The notes: generated by a model from the letters alone, not told the origin. DNA of 20,296 nt from Bdellovibrionales bacterium (GCA_040380025.1 JBEIJY010000037.1:1-20296); one strand, 5' to 3'. Positions 7,560-15,882 are shown, numbered from the stretch's first letter. A program made the numbers and translations.

Positions 7560-9807
7560 AAAGCAAGAAAGCCAGAACCGTAAGTATCCCCGAGGTCAGA
7601 TAAAACCGCACTCCCGGGGACGGCCAGCTTTCGACCAGCACAAAAAACACATTGCCGAACCACACCGTGGCAAGCGCGATCGTTCGAGCGGCTTCGATTC
7701 CGGATCCTTGATGCATCCGAAACGCGGCGAGACTCGCCACGCTCAAGAGAATTCCCGAGAGGGACGCGAAGAGGACCATGCGAACTCCGGGACGCGCTTC
7801 TTTTTCGGCCATGGACAAAGGCGCGAGATTCTCGAAGGTGAACGCCGACACCGGATGCACCACGAGCTCGAGCAAAATGATGTGAATCGGAAGAAGCAAA
7901 TCCCCCCAGCCCAAAAGAGCGGGCACGAGCGCCAAAAAAATCACCGGAAAATGAAATGAAATCAGGTAGGAGAAGCTCCGCTTCAAGTTCGAGAAAATGC
8001 GTCTTCCCTCGAACACCGCGTGCACGATTCCGCCGAAATCATTTTTAAGAAGCACCATGTGTGCGCTCGATCGGGCCGCATCGGTCGCATCCACGCCCAT
8101 GCTGATGCCGATGTCGGCAAGCTTCAGAGCCGGAGCATCGTTGATCCCATCGCCCGTCATCGCCACCACCCTCCCCTGCTCTTTCAATACCCGCACCATC
8201 TCGTGCTTTTGCTCGGGAAGAACCCTCGCGAAAATCACGCCGTCCCGATAGGCCTGAATGCGCTTTGCCCCGTCCATCCGAAGAAGATCCTCTCCCGTGA
8301 ACACATCCTCGCCCGAGTGTCCGATCTTGAGTTTTTCGGCAACGGCACGAGCGGTCGAGGGATGGTCGCCGGTTACGATCTTGATTAGAATTCCGGCTTT
8401 CCGGCATTCCTCGATTGCGCCGCTCACCGATTCGCGGATCGGATCATCGAAGATCAGAATTCCAAGAAAGGTCAGCCCCGATTCGTCCTCATCGCGGATT
8501 CCGGTGAACCCGCCTTCACGCGAGGCAAGCCCCAGCAAACGATGTCCCTGCTGGGAGAGGTGATCCGCCAGAGCAAGGACGATTGCGTGCTCCTCGGCAC
8601 TCCCGCGGCATTGCCGGATCACTCCCTCCACCGCCCCTTTCATGGCAACGCAGGCGCGATTCCCGGATTTGGATTCCCATACCTGGGACATGAGCTTTTT
8701 TTGCCGGTCAAAGGGGAACTCATAACGCAGATTCCAGGTCAAAAGCGCTGTAACCTGCGAATGGAACCGGTCATGAATCGCGCGCTCCATCGCATCAACC
8801 GGATGAATCGCGCAGGCCATCAGGGCGATCCGCTCGATTTCCGTGCCCGGGACTTCCGGTCGAAGACTTCGAAGCTCGATCAGCTGAAACCGCCCCTCGG
8901 TCAGCGTCCCGGTCTTGTCCGTGCAAATCACATCGACGCTTCCGAGCGTCTCCACGCTGGGAAGCGACTTCACAAGGACCCCGTGCCGCGAGAGCCTCCA
9001 GGCTCCAAGGCTCAAGTACAGCGTGAACACGATCGGGAACTCCTCGGGAATCGCCGACATCGCGAACGTGAGCGCCGTAATCAGACTCCGGGTCCATTCG
9101 CCCTTTCGAGCCCACTCCAAAAAAAACAAAATCAAGGCGAGCGCAAGCGCAATCGCGAACACGCGCCTCACTCCGGCGCGTACCAGCCTTTGTAGCGGCG
9201 TCTCCGTACCCTCGGTTTCCTTCACGAGTCCTGCGATTTTCCCGAAGCGGGTCGAGGCGCCGGTTCGAGTGATGCGCCCGAGACCGCTTCCCTGCAAAAT
9301 CAGAGTTCCGCCATAAAACGGATCCCCCGCATTTTTTTCGACCGGCACCGATTCCCCAGTCAAAGCGGCCTCATTCACAGTGAGCGCTGATGCCTCAATC
9401 GCCTCGCCATCGGCGGGAAGCGCCTGCCCCTCCTCAAAGACCACCACATCGCCCGGGACGAGTTCCCGCGTCGGAATCTCACGAATCACTCCATCCCTAT
9501 ACACCCGAGCCACCGGTCGAAACGCACCCCGCAGAGCCCGCAATGCCTGCCCTGCGCGGATCTCGAGCAGAACATCGACCGCCGTGATGGGAAGAACCGC
9601 AATCAAAAGCGCGAGGGAATCGCGATACTCCCGAAGCAAGGCATAAAGACCCGAAAGACCAAGGAGCATGAGGGCCATGGGATCAAGGAGAATCCGCTTC
9701 AGTTCCTGAAGGCGGGAACTCAGTTCCAAAGGCACAATCTCGTTTGGGCCCAGTGATTTCAGGCGCTCCAAGGCTTCTTTGGAGGAAAGTCCGATTGGGT
9801 CAGGCAT
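7411..9807 (-). CDS. Cation-transporting P-type ATPase (type II-like, PEEFP subfamily)
   Basis: LTGES, IPEEFP in M4, DKTGTLT phosphorylation site, KGAVE, TGDH, MTGDGINDAPALK; about 10 TM helices. Confidence 0.95.
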   Translation of the reverse strand: MPDPIGLSSKEALERLKSLGPNEIVPLELSSRLQELKRILLDPMALMLLGLSGLYALLREYRDSLALLIAVLPITAVDVLLEIRAGQALRALRGAFRPVARVYRDGVIREIPTRELVPGDVVVFEEGQALPADGEAIEASALTVNEAALTGESVPVEKNAGDPFYGGTLILQGSGLGRITRTGASTRFGKIAGLVKETEGTETPLQRLVRAGVRRVFAIALALALILFFLEWARKGEWTRSLITALTFAMSAIPEEFPIVFTLYLSLGAWRLSRHGVLVKSLPSVETLGSVDVICTDKTGTLTEGRFQLIELRSLRPEVPGTEIERIALMACAIHPVDAMERAIHDRFHSQVTALLTWNLRYEFPFDRQKKLMSQVWESKSGNRACVAMKGAVEGVIRQCRGSAEEHAIVLALADHLSQQGHRLLGLASREGGFTGIRDEDESGLTFLGILIFDDPIRESVSGAIEECRKAGILIKIVTGDHPSTARAVAEKLKIGHSGEDVFTGEDLLRMDGAKRIQAYRDGVIFARVLPEQKHEMVRVLKEQGRVVAMTGDGINDAPALKLADIGISMGVDATDAARSSAHMVLLKNDFGGIVHAVFEGRRIFSNLKRSFSYLISFHFPVIFLALVPALLGWGDLLLPIHIILLELVVHPVSAFTFENLAPLSMAEKEARPGVRMVLFASLSGILLSVASLAAFRMHQGSGIEAARTIALATVWFGNVFFVLVESWPSPGVRFYLTSGILTVLAFLLFRIPALAGFFHLAPASGGVLLAALVLGAASSLPSWVLRHGSGRARGLRS

Positions 9808-9811
9808 GGAC

Positions 9812-10903
9812 TTAATTCAGCCACAGGTCGGGGCTGAGCCCGTAATTCGACAAAAGATACAACCGACAGAGTCCCGGATTTTGAGCATCGAGTACCACGC
9901 GACGCCCACCGATCAGCGCCCTTCCCGCTCCCGCGCCCTGCACCCGGAGCCGGATCTCCTCATACCGCGCTTGGTACTGAAGCTGGTGGAACTTCCCCAG
10001 TTCGGACGGGTTTCGAACGATCAAGTCCCTGAGCTCAGTCGAAACCACCGTGCTGTGAACCGCAGAAATCATCGGAACCTCAAGATCACGCCCGAACGCA
10101 TCGCGATACTGCAAGGGAACTCGCACAAGCCCCGAAGAGAAGCGAGCATCCTCCACAAAAATTCCTGCTTCCGCGGTTCCCGAATCAATGCCAAACAAAA
10201 CCAAAGAAAAATGAAACGGATCGTCACCCAAGGGACCGATGTTCAGGTCCACCACCCGAAGAAGCGCGGGATCATTCACAGCCTTCACATGAAGCGAGAA
10301 ATCAGGCGGCACATCGACTTCGAGCACCTGGCCATTTTGAAGAAGAACGACCACACCGCTTCCGGAAGGACTCGGCCGGACCTTCATGATTTCCTCGCGG
10401 AACCAGATCTCATTCAGTGGAACCTCGGAAGCCAGGGCATTTTGATGATAGAGGCGCTTTTGGCCCGCAATATTCTCGGCAACCCAGAACAAATTCTGAT
10501 GCCGATCGGTGAAGGCTTCCGGAATCTGAGCGAGTTCGGCGGGCGCCTGAACCCGGAACAGCACCCTCGAACGCGGGTCATCGCCGTACCGGGCCGTGAA
10601 CGTCCGCGATATGCTGTCCCATTGCGAAATCAAGCCGATGTCACTCTCCGGAAAACGAATGGGGTACGCAGTGAACCCTCCCGGAATCGCAAGGCGCCGG
10701 GAGAGCGATATCGGCCGCACAGCAAAAGAAAGAGGGCCTCGGGACGGAACCTGATGCAACTCAAAGTACGCTTCCCGACGGCCCTCGATCAAAACCCGAT
10801 AATCTTCGGGGTTCACACCGGCGGCAAACGCCGTGAAACCCCCAAACCAAAAAAACAGAGCGACAAAAAAACCCACCACACGCCCTCCTCTCCCGATCCG
10901 CAT
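9812..10903 (-). CDS. Hypothetical secreted protein
   Basis: N-terminal signal peptide (...FWFGGFTAFA); co-oriented with its neighbours; stops 4 nt before the ATPase start; promoter-like motif upstream. Alternative GTG start at 10876 with SD AGGAGG. Confidence 0.7.
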   Translation of the reverse strand: MRIGRGGRVVGFFVALFFWFGGFTAFAAGVNPEDYRVLIEGRREAYFELHQVPSRGPLSFAVRPISLSRRLAIPGGFTAYPIRFPESDIGLISQWDSISRTFTARYGDDPRSRVLFRVQAPAELAQIPEAFTDRHQNLFWVAENIAGQKRLYHQNALASEVPLNEIWFREEIMKVRPSPSGSGVVVLLQNGQVLEVDVPPDFSLHVKAVNDPALLRVVDLNIGPLGDDPFHFSLVLFGIDSGTAEAGIFVEDARFSSGLVRVPLQYRDAFGRDLEVPMISAVHSTVVSTELRDLIVRNPSELGKFHQLQYQARYEEIRLRVQGAGAGRALIGGRRVVLDAQNPGLCRLYLLSNYGLSPDLWLN

Positions 10904-10912
10904 CCGGCGCCG

Positions 10913-10941
10913 AGACTAGAGGAAGACCTGACGGAATTCAA
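10913..10941 (-). promoter_or_regulatory. Putative sigma70 promoter for the hypothetical protein and P-type ATPase
   Basis: Minus strand TTGAAT-N17-TAGTCT, 9 nt upstream of ATG 10903. Confidence 0.5.
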
Positions 10942-11639
10942 TTCATATTCTTGCCGATGAGCTTGAACTCCTCGGGAACGACCACTTCGGTCTTTTCGAG
11001 ATAGGTCCGGAGTCCGTTCAGGGTATTGCGCGGCCATTTCTTTTGCTTCAGGCGCACGATCCACTTCGGGATCGAACCCATCGGATCGACCATGATCTCG
11101 ACCGAGATGAAGGTGGTCTTGCCTTTTTCGATCTCGCGCAGAAAGTACCGGCTTTCGTGCATCTTGCCCCGAACGATGCCCGGCTGGGGAGGCATGGAGG
11201 GATCTTCGACCGACTTCATATTAATGATCATCGTGCGAGTTTTTTTGTCGAGCTCGACTCTTGCGTTGTACACGAAGTCTCGGTTCTGGAACGGCCAGGG
11301 CACCGCAGTGTGATTGTACTCGGTGCGATCAAACAAATCCTTCATATGAAGACGCTTGGTCTCGACGACCTCGTCCATCCATTTCTTCCGGCTTTCCATA
11401 TCCGCCAGAAGCGTCGCGATTTTTTCCATCGGAATATTCATCGTCGCTTCCCCGCGGAATCCCACGATTCCCGCATCGGTGTCGCGTCGGAAGGTCTTGA
11501 CGCCGTCGGCATCTTTAATGAACTCCCAGTCACTAAAACGCGCATCTGCCGCGGGCTTCGGGTCTTCCGATGCGTACGACAGGGAGGAGGTTGAAACAAC
11601 AGAGAGCAAGAATCCCAGAACAAGCCATGATGGTTTCAT
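10938..11639 (-). CDS. Secreted START-domain (lipid-binding) protein
   Basis: Signal peptide MKPSWLVLGFLLSVV...SYA; START hallmarks W...KD.DGVK.F, FRGE, R.KW, VPWPFQNRDFV, P.QPG.VRG and DPMGSIPKW. ATG 11639 is preferred over the ORF-track start at 11675, which lies in the terminator tail. Confidence 0.9.
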   Translation of the reverse strand: MKPSWLVLGFLLSVVSTSSLSYASEDPKPAADARFSDWEFIKDADGVKTFRRDTDAGIVGFRGEATMNIPMEKIATLLADMESRKKWMDEVVETKRLHMKDLFDRTEYNHTAVPWPFQNRDFVYNARVELDKKTRTMIINMKSVEDPSMPPQPGIVRGKMHESRYFLREIEKGKTTFISVEIMVDPMGSIPKWIVRLKQKKWPRNTLNGLRTYLEKTEVVVPEEFKLIGKNMN

Positions 11640-11646
11640 AAGAATC

Positions 11647-11675
11647 AGTTTAGGAGGTTTAAAAAAAAAAGGCAA
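11647..11675 (-). promoter_or_regulatory. Putative leaderless sigma70 promoter of the START gene
   Basis: Minus strand TTGCCT-N17-TAAACT-N7-ATG with no SD; the spacer includes most of a T10 tract. Confidence 0.55.
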
Positions 11676-11709
11676 AAGAAAAAGGGAGGGGTCCCGAAAG
11701 ACCCCTCCC
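11675..11709 (-). terminator. Rho-independent terminator of flagellin
   Basis: Minus strand GGGAGGGGTC-TTTCGG-GACCCCTCCC followed by TTTTTCTTTT (10-bp stem, UUCG-type loop). Confidence 0.92.
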
Positions 11710-11730
11710 CCAGATAAGGAGGCAACCCGG

Positions 11731-12564
11731 CTACGAAAGGAGCTTCAATGCACCTTGTGCGTTGCTGTTTGCCTGACTGAGAACTGCGGTTCCGGCCTGA
11801 GCGAGGATGTTCGACTTGACCATCTCGGAGCTTTCTGCGGCGACGTCGACATCGTAGATGCGGCTCTTGGCTGCGGACAAATTTTCTTCGTAGGTCGTGA
11901 GGTTCGTGACCGAGGAGGCCAGACGGTTCTGGAGCGCTCCCACCTCGGAGCGGTTTTCAGAAAGCCTGGTAATCGCTGAGTCGATCTTGGCCAGATTCGC
12001 CTGAGCCGCCTCTTTCGACTCGGTGTTCACATCGGCAATCCCGAGACCATCGGTCGTGACATTCAGTTTTTGGACGTCAAACTTGAAGCGATCAAGCTCC
12101 GGCGAGTTATGAAGCCCCACCTGGATCTCGAGCGGGTCGCCCACGCCCGAGAGGAGCTTGCGGCCGTTGAATTCCGTGGTCTGCGAGATCCGGTCGATCT
12201 CGCTCCGGAGCTGGAGCATTTCTTTATTGATGAATCCACGCTCGCGATCGCCGATCGTGTCCGAAGCGGCCTGAATCGAGAGTTCCCGGAATCGGGTGAG
12301 GATGCTTCCCACTTCGTTCATCCCGCCTTCGGCCACCTGGACCATCGAGATCCCGTCGTTGGCGTTGCGGTTGTCTTGACGGAGCGAGCGGATATCGGCG
12401 GTCATTTTCGACGCGATCGACAATCCTGCGGAATCATCCGCGGCCTTTGCGATCCGGGTGCCGGACGAGATCTTCTCGAGGCTCGAAGCCTGCTTCAGGC
12501 CCGCCGCGCCGAGATTCCGTTGAGCGACCATTGACTGTACGTTGGTATTGATTCTGAGTCCCAT
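11731..12564 (-). CDS. fliC: Flagellin (short, 277 aa, D0/D1 only)
   Basis: MGLRINTNV...LEKISSGTRI.KAADDSAGLSI, NANDGIS.VQ.AEG, TEFNG, RSEVGALQNRL, SRI.DVDVA.E...K..IL.QAG..VL.QAN. SD AAGGAG lies 7 nt before ATG 12564. Confidence 0.98.
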   Translation of the reverse strand: MGLRINTNVQSMVAQRNLGAAGLKQASSLEKISSGTRIAKAADDSAGLSIASKMTADIRSLRQDNRNANDGISMVQVAEGGMNEVGSILTRFRELSIQAASDTIGDRERGFINKEMLQLRSEIDRISQTTEFNGRKLLSGVGDPLEIQVGLHNSPELDRFKFDVQKLNVTTDGLGIADVNTESKEAAQANLAKIDSAITRLSENRSEVGALQNRLASSVTNLTTYEENLSAAKSRIYDVDVAAESSEMVKSNILAQAGTAVLSQANSNAQGALKLLS

Positions 12565-12678
12565 TTGTTTTCTCCTTATCTGTGCTGAAACCTGCAAGCC
12601 TGGCTTCTGCGTTCCGGGGCCCCATCCTCGGTTCCCACACCTGACTCTTTTTGTCCGTCAAGTGGCTTACACTGGACT

Positions 12679-12705
12679 ATATCGGTCAGCATTTTGAATA
12701 CTTGA
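12679..12705 (-). promoter_or_regulatory. Sigma28 (FliA) promoter of flagellin
   Basis: Minus strand TCAA-N15-ACCGATAT (consensus TAAA-N15-GCCGATAA), with an AT-rich UP-like region at 12706-12765. Confidence 0.85.
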
Positions 12706-12777
12706 AATAAAAAATCAACTAAAATCATATTTTTACAAATTATTGAATTAATTGAGTTTTTATGAAACCATCCCCCC

Positions 12778-13734
12778 ATGACTCCCACTTCTCTTGATGT
12801 CTTGGTAATTGGAGCCGGCCTGTCCGGACTCACTTTTGCCCGCCTTTACCAGCAGGAATTCCCCGAAGGCGCTCTGCTCGTGCTCGAGAAATCAAAAGGC
12901 CTCGGCGGACGGCTCGCCACCCGAAGAACCGATCGCGCCCGGTTTGACCACGGCGCGCCCTTTCTTACCCCTCACGAAAAAGAACGACTGGGAATCGACG
13001 GAGTCGAAAACGCGCGTTTGCGCTCCCTGCTGACTCCCGACGGAGAGCGCTTAGCGTGTCAGGACGGCATGACCGGCATCGCAAAATTTCTCGCACGAGC
13101 ACTTCCGATCGAAAAAGAAACCCGCGTCCACCGACTCGAACGCGCAGAAAGTTTTTGGCGGGCCGACACCGATTCGGGGCGATCTTTCATGGCGAAAACC
13201 GTGATTCTTACTGCCCCTCTGCCCCAGGCACTCTCACTTCTCGAAGAGAGCAAGATTCCCTTCCCTGCACTCTTTGGTGAAATTCGCTATTCGATGGCGA
13301 TCGTGCTTTTGTTCGAGGGAGAGGCTTTTCCCGGAGTTCCTCCTTCGAACCGATTCAAAAGCGGCCCCTTTCTCTCGCTTTGCGATCAACGGTGGAAGGG
13401 GATCTCGGAGGTCCCTGCCTGGGTCCTGCTCGTGAGCCCCGAACGATCGCGGACTCTTTTTGAGCAACCGGAGGAGGCGATCTGGAGCTCCCTGCTTCCG
13501 GAAGTGAGGGAAGCCTTTCCGGCCTTCTCGGGAATCAAGCCCGAAATCAAGAAATGGCGCTATTCGCAATGCGAAAACCCCATGGAAGAATCCTTCGGGG
13601 CCCTTCCCGACGCGCAAGGGCTTTTCTTGATCGGCGACGCATTTCATTCGAAAATAGATTCCTCCGGAATCGAAAGGGCGCTCGAGTCCGCGCATGCCTT
13701 TTTCAGGGTTGGAAAATCCTCCCTCCTGCCATAA
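12778..13734 (+). CDS. NAD(P)/FAD-dependent oxidoreductase, renalase-like
   Basis: VLVIGAGLSGL Rossmann motif, EKSKGLGGRLATRR, FDHGAPFLT, GMTGIAK.LA, ILTAPLPQ, KKWRYS, GD...GIERA.ESA. Confidence 0.9.
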   Translation: MTPTSLDVLVIGAGLSGLTFARLYQQEFPEGALLVLEKSKGLGGRLATRRTDRARFDHGAPFLTPHEKERLGIDGVENARLRSLLTPDGERLACQDGMTGIAKFLARALPIEKETRVHRLERAESFWRADTDSGRSFMAKTVILTAPLPQALSLLEESKIPFPALFGEIRYSMAIVLLFEGEAFPGVPPSNRFKSGPFLSLCDQRWKGISEVPAWVLLVSPERSRTLFEQPEEAIWSSLLPEVREAFPAFSGIKPEIKKWRYSQCENPMEESFGALPDAQGLFLIGDAFHSKIDSSGIERALESAHAFFRVGKSSLLP

Positions 13735-13759
13735 CGTTCGGGCTCAAAGGAGAATCAAC

Positions 13760-14662
13760 GTGGCATTTCATTGGATCGGTCAGTCATCCGACGGGGAGAC
13801 CGTCGTCCTCAAACGCCTGAAACCCGAACTCTTCGAGTTTCCGGCTTATTCCACACCTGAATGGATGTCGGCGAATGCCGACCTGATCCGCTCCGGCGCA
13901 GTGCTGGATGTTGAAACGTCCGGACTCTCCGCTGAAGACTCGAAAATCATCGAGATCGGCATCCGCCTCTTCCGGTTCCACCGCCTGACCGGCGAGGTGC
14001 TCGCACTCGGCGAAGCCTATTCGGAGTTTCAAGATCCCGGCCATGCCCTTGATCCCGAGATCACGAGCCTCACCGGCATCACGGACGAAATGGTGCGCGG
14101 CCGGTCGATCGACTGGGCCCGTGTGAACGCGCTTCTGGAGTCCGTGCACATCGTGATCGCCCACAATGCCTCGTTCGACCGCCCCTTCGTGGACCGGCTC
14201 TCGCGCGCATCCGCCGGAAAAGTCTGGGGATGCTCCTTGAAGCAAATCAACTGGAACGCGAAGGGATACACCTCCTCGAAGCTCGACGTGCTCAGCATTT
14301 ATCACGGATTCTTCACGAGCGCGCATCGGGCCCTCCAGGACGCCGAAGCACTTCTTCACCTGCTCGGCATGAAGGACCAGGGGCAAAAGACGCCGTATCT
14401 TCTGGAGCTTCTCGAGAACGCACGAAAAACCACCGTTCAGGTCTATGCGATCGGAGCCCCCTTCGAAACGAAGGACCTGCTGAAATCGCGGAGCTATCGC
14501 TGGGACAGCCGGAACCGCTACTGGTGGAAGGAAGTCGACCAGCGCGATCTCGAGGCAGAAACGCAGTGGCTCGAGGAGTTCGTATATTTCGGCGCGTTTC
14601 GCGGAAAAACCCTCGAAATCCCACCCTCAGGGCACTTCAAAGAGAAGGCAACGGACTCATGA
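13760..14662 (+). CDS. DEDDh 3'-5' exonuclease (DNA polymerase III epsilon-like) with a C-terminal small domain
   Basis: ExoI LDVETSG, ExoII IAHNASFDR, ExoIII HRALQDA; C-terminal APFETKDLLKSRSYRWD...WW; GTG start preceded by AAGGAG. Confidence 0.92.
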   Translation: MAFHWIGQSSDGETVVLKRLKPELFEFPAYSTPEWMSANADLIRSGAVLDVETSGLSAEDSKIIEIGIRLFRFHRLTGEVLALGEAYSEFQDPGHALDPEITSLTGITDEMVRGRSIDWARVNALLESVHIVIAHNASFDRPFVDRLSRASAGKVWGCSLKQINWNAKGYTSSKLDVLSIYHGFFTSAHRALQDAEALLHLLGMKDQGQKTPYLLELLENARKTTVQVYAIGAPFETKDLLKSRSYRWDSRNRYWWKEVDQRDLEAETQWLEEFVYFGAFRGKTLEIPPSGHFKEKATDS

Positions 14663-15840
14663 TCGGATCAGGACTTGCACCGCTGGTTTCGTTCGCATCC
14701 CTGATCTCCACTCTTGCTCTCTCCGCCCCCGCGCTCGCAGAGGTGGACTTCGCGAGCGAGCCGGCAAGCCCCGTGCTTGAAACCTGCGCAAAAGCCGATT
14801 TTCAGTCGTATCATCGGGCGCGCAACGCCGAATCGATGATCAAAAGCAGCAATGCTTCGTTTTCAAAACCGAACTTCGGCGGAAAATACCTGCTCTTGCA
14901 GGTTCCCTACATGATGGGAACCGACTGGCTGATTCTCGACTGCGAGACCGGAACCTTCCTGAAGGAAGTCCTGGGAACCGGAAATGCCGAATTCCGCGAG
15001 AATAGTTTTTTGATCCGGCTGGTCGGCAAGGAAGAAACGAACTGGTACCGATTCACCGGCGCCGGGTTTGTGAAGGTCGAAGAACAAAAGAAAGCCGAGC
15101 CCGTCGCAGTGAAGGAAGAAATCGGCAAGACCGCGGGAGCCCCGAAAAGCGTGCGGGAGCAGTATCAGTCCTTGTTGGATGCGCACCCCGCCCGCGAGTC
15201 GCTCGCCGCATGCGTTCCTCTGAAATTCGATTCCTACTTCCGAGCTCAGCAGGCAAAGGACCAAATTCTTAAAACCGAAGGCTCGCTCTCCGTTCCGAAT
15301 TTTGCCGGCTCATTCCGGCTGGTTCGAATCGAACTTTTGTTCGAAACGATCTGGGTGATCGCGGACTGCAAGACTGGACTATTCTTTCCGGAATTCCTCT
15401 CGGGAGAAGCGCATTTCTCAAATCAGAGCGATCTTCTGATCCTCGCAAAGTCGGACAAGGCGGTACAGCTGTATCGATGGACCGAAGGATCGTTCGTGAG
15501 GCGGCCTGATCCGACCCGGATGACCCCCTCGCCCGTCGAGAACGAGATCTTCCGGGACGCCGCCCGTAGAGTGATCGCCGCCCTTCCGAATCCCGACAAA
15601 AAAAACTTGATCGAGATCAAGAATCTCCGGTGCAAAAACACTCCGGACGGAATGAAGGATCCCTGCACAGGCGAATCCGAGGGAGAAAAGGGAGCGGTCG
15701 TCGGTTTTTCGATTTCGGGGCCGAAGGCGGACTCGATCCGGGGCCTGATCGCCTCCTACGGAAGCTCGGCGGCCGAATACCAAATTGATTCTGTTCGTTG
15801 CTCTCTCGCAAAAGAATCCTGCGTGATCCGATCCAAATAG
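14659..15840 (+). CDS. Hypothetical secreted protein with two tandem ~95-aa 'PNF(G/A)G' repeats and a Cys-containing C-terminal domain
   Basis: ATGA overlap with the exonuclease stop; signal peptide (...LALSAPALA); the internal duplication is visible in the translation. Confidence 0.8.
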   Translation: MIGSGLAPLVSFASLISTLALSAPALAEVDFASEPASPVLETCAKADFQSYHRARNAESMIKSSNASFSKPNFGGKYLLLQVPYMMGTDWLILDCETGTFLKEVLGTGNAEFRENSFLIRLVGKEETNWYRFTGAGFVKVEEQKKAEPVAVKEEIGKTAGAPKSVREQYQSLLDAHPARESLAACVPLKFDSYFRAQQAKDQILKTEGSLSVPNFAGSFRLVRIELLFETIWVIADCKTGLFFPEFLSGEAHFSNQSDLLILAKSDKAVQLYRWTEGSFVRRPDPTRMTPSPVENEIFRDAARRVIAALPNPDKKNLIEIKNLRCKNTPDGMKDPCTGESEGEKGAVVGFSISGPKADSIRGLIASYGSSAAEYQIDSVRCSLAKESCVIRSK

Positions 15841-15882
15841 CCCTTCCGGAACCGGACACGCTCACGGTACACTGGACCCGAT

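Noticed and set aside
3932..9646. Long antisense ORFs (3932-4825, 6561-7394, 7528-7959, 8542-9195 and others)
   Set aside because: Typical high-GC shadow frames opposite well-supported genes.
9779..10960. 393-aa plus-strand ORF
   Set aside because: Antisense shadow of 9812-10903 that overlaps both flanking genes. The minus ORF has the signal peptide, promoter and operon context.
11748..11780. Tiny plus-strand ORF (MHLVRCCLPD) preceded by AAGGAG, antisense to the fliC end
   Set aside because: The SD-like sequence is just the complement of the fliC Leu-Leu codons, and there is no promoter evidence.
11711..12582. Recombinase-driven invertible flagellin cassette
   Set aside because: The inverted repeat is only 11-16 bp, coincides with the SD, and no invertase is nearby. 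An RNA-level explanation is preferred, though inversion is not excluded.
14230..14658. N-terminal extension of the 536-aa ORF (likewise 17051-17434, 2936-2983, 13694-13759 and 12565-12597)
   Set aside because: These overlap upstream genes or leaders. Downstream starts have stop-start coupling, an SD or signal peptides.
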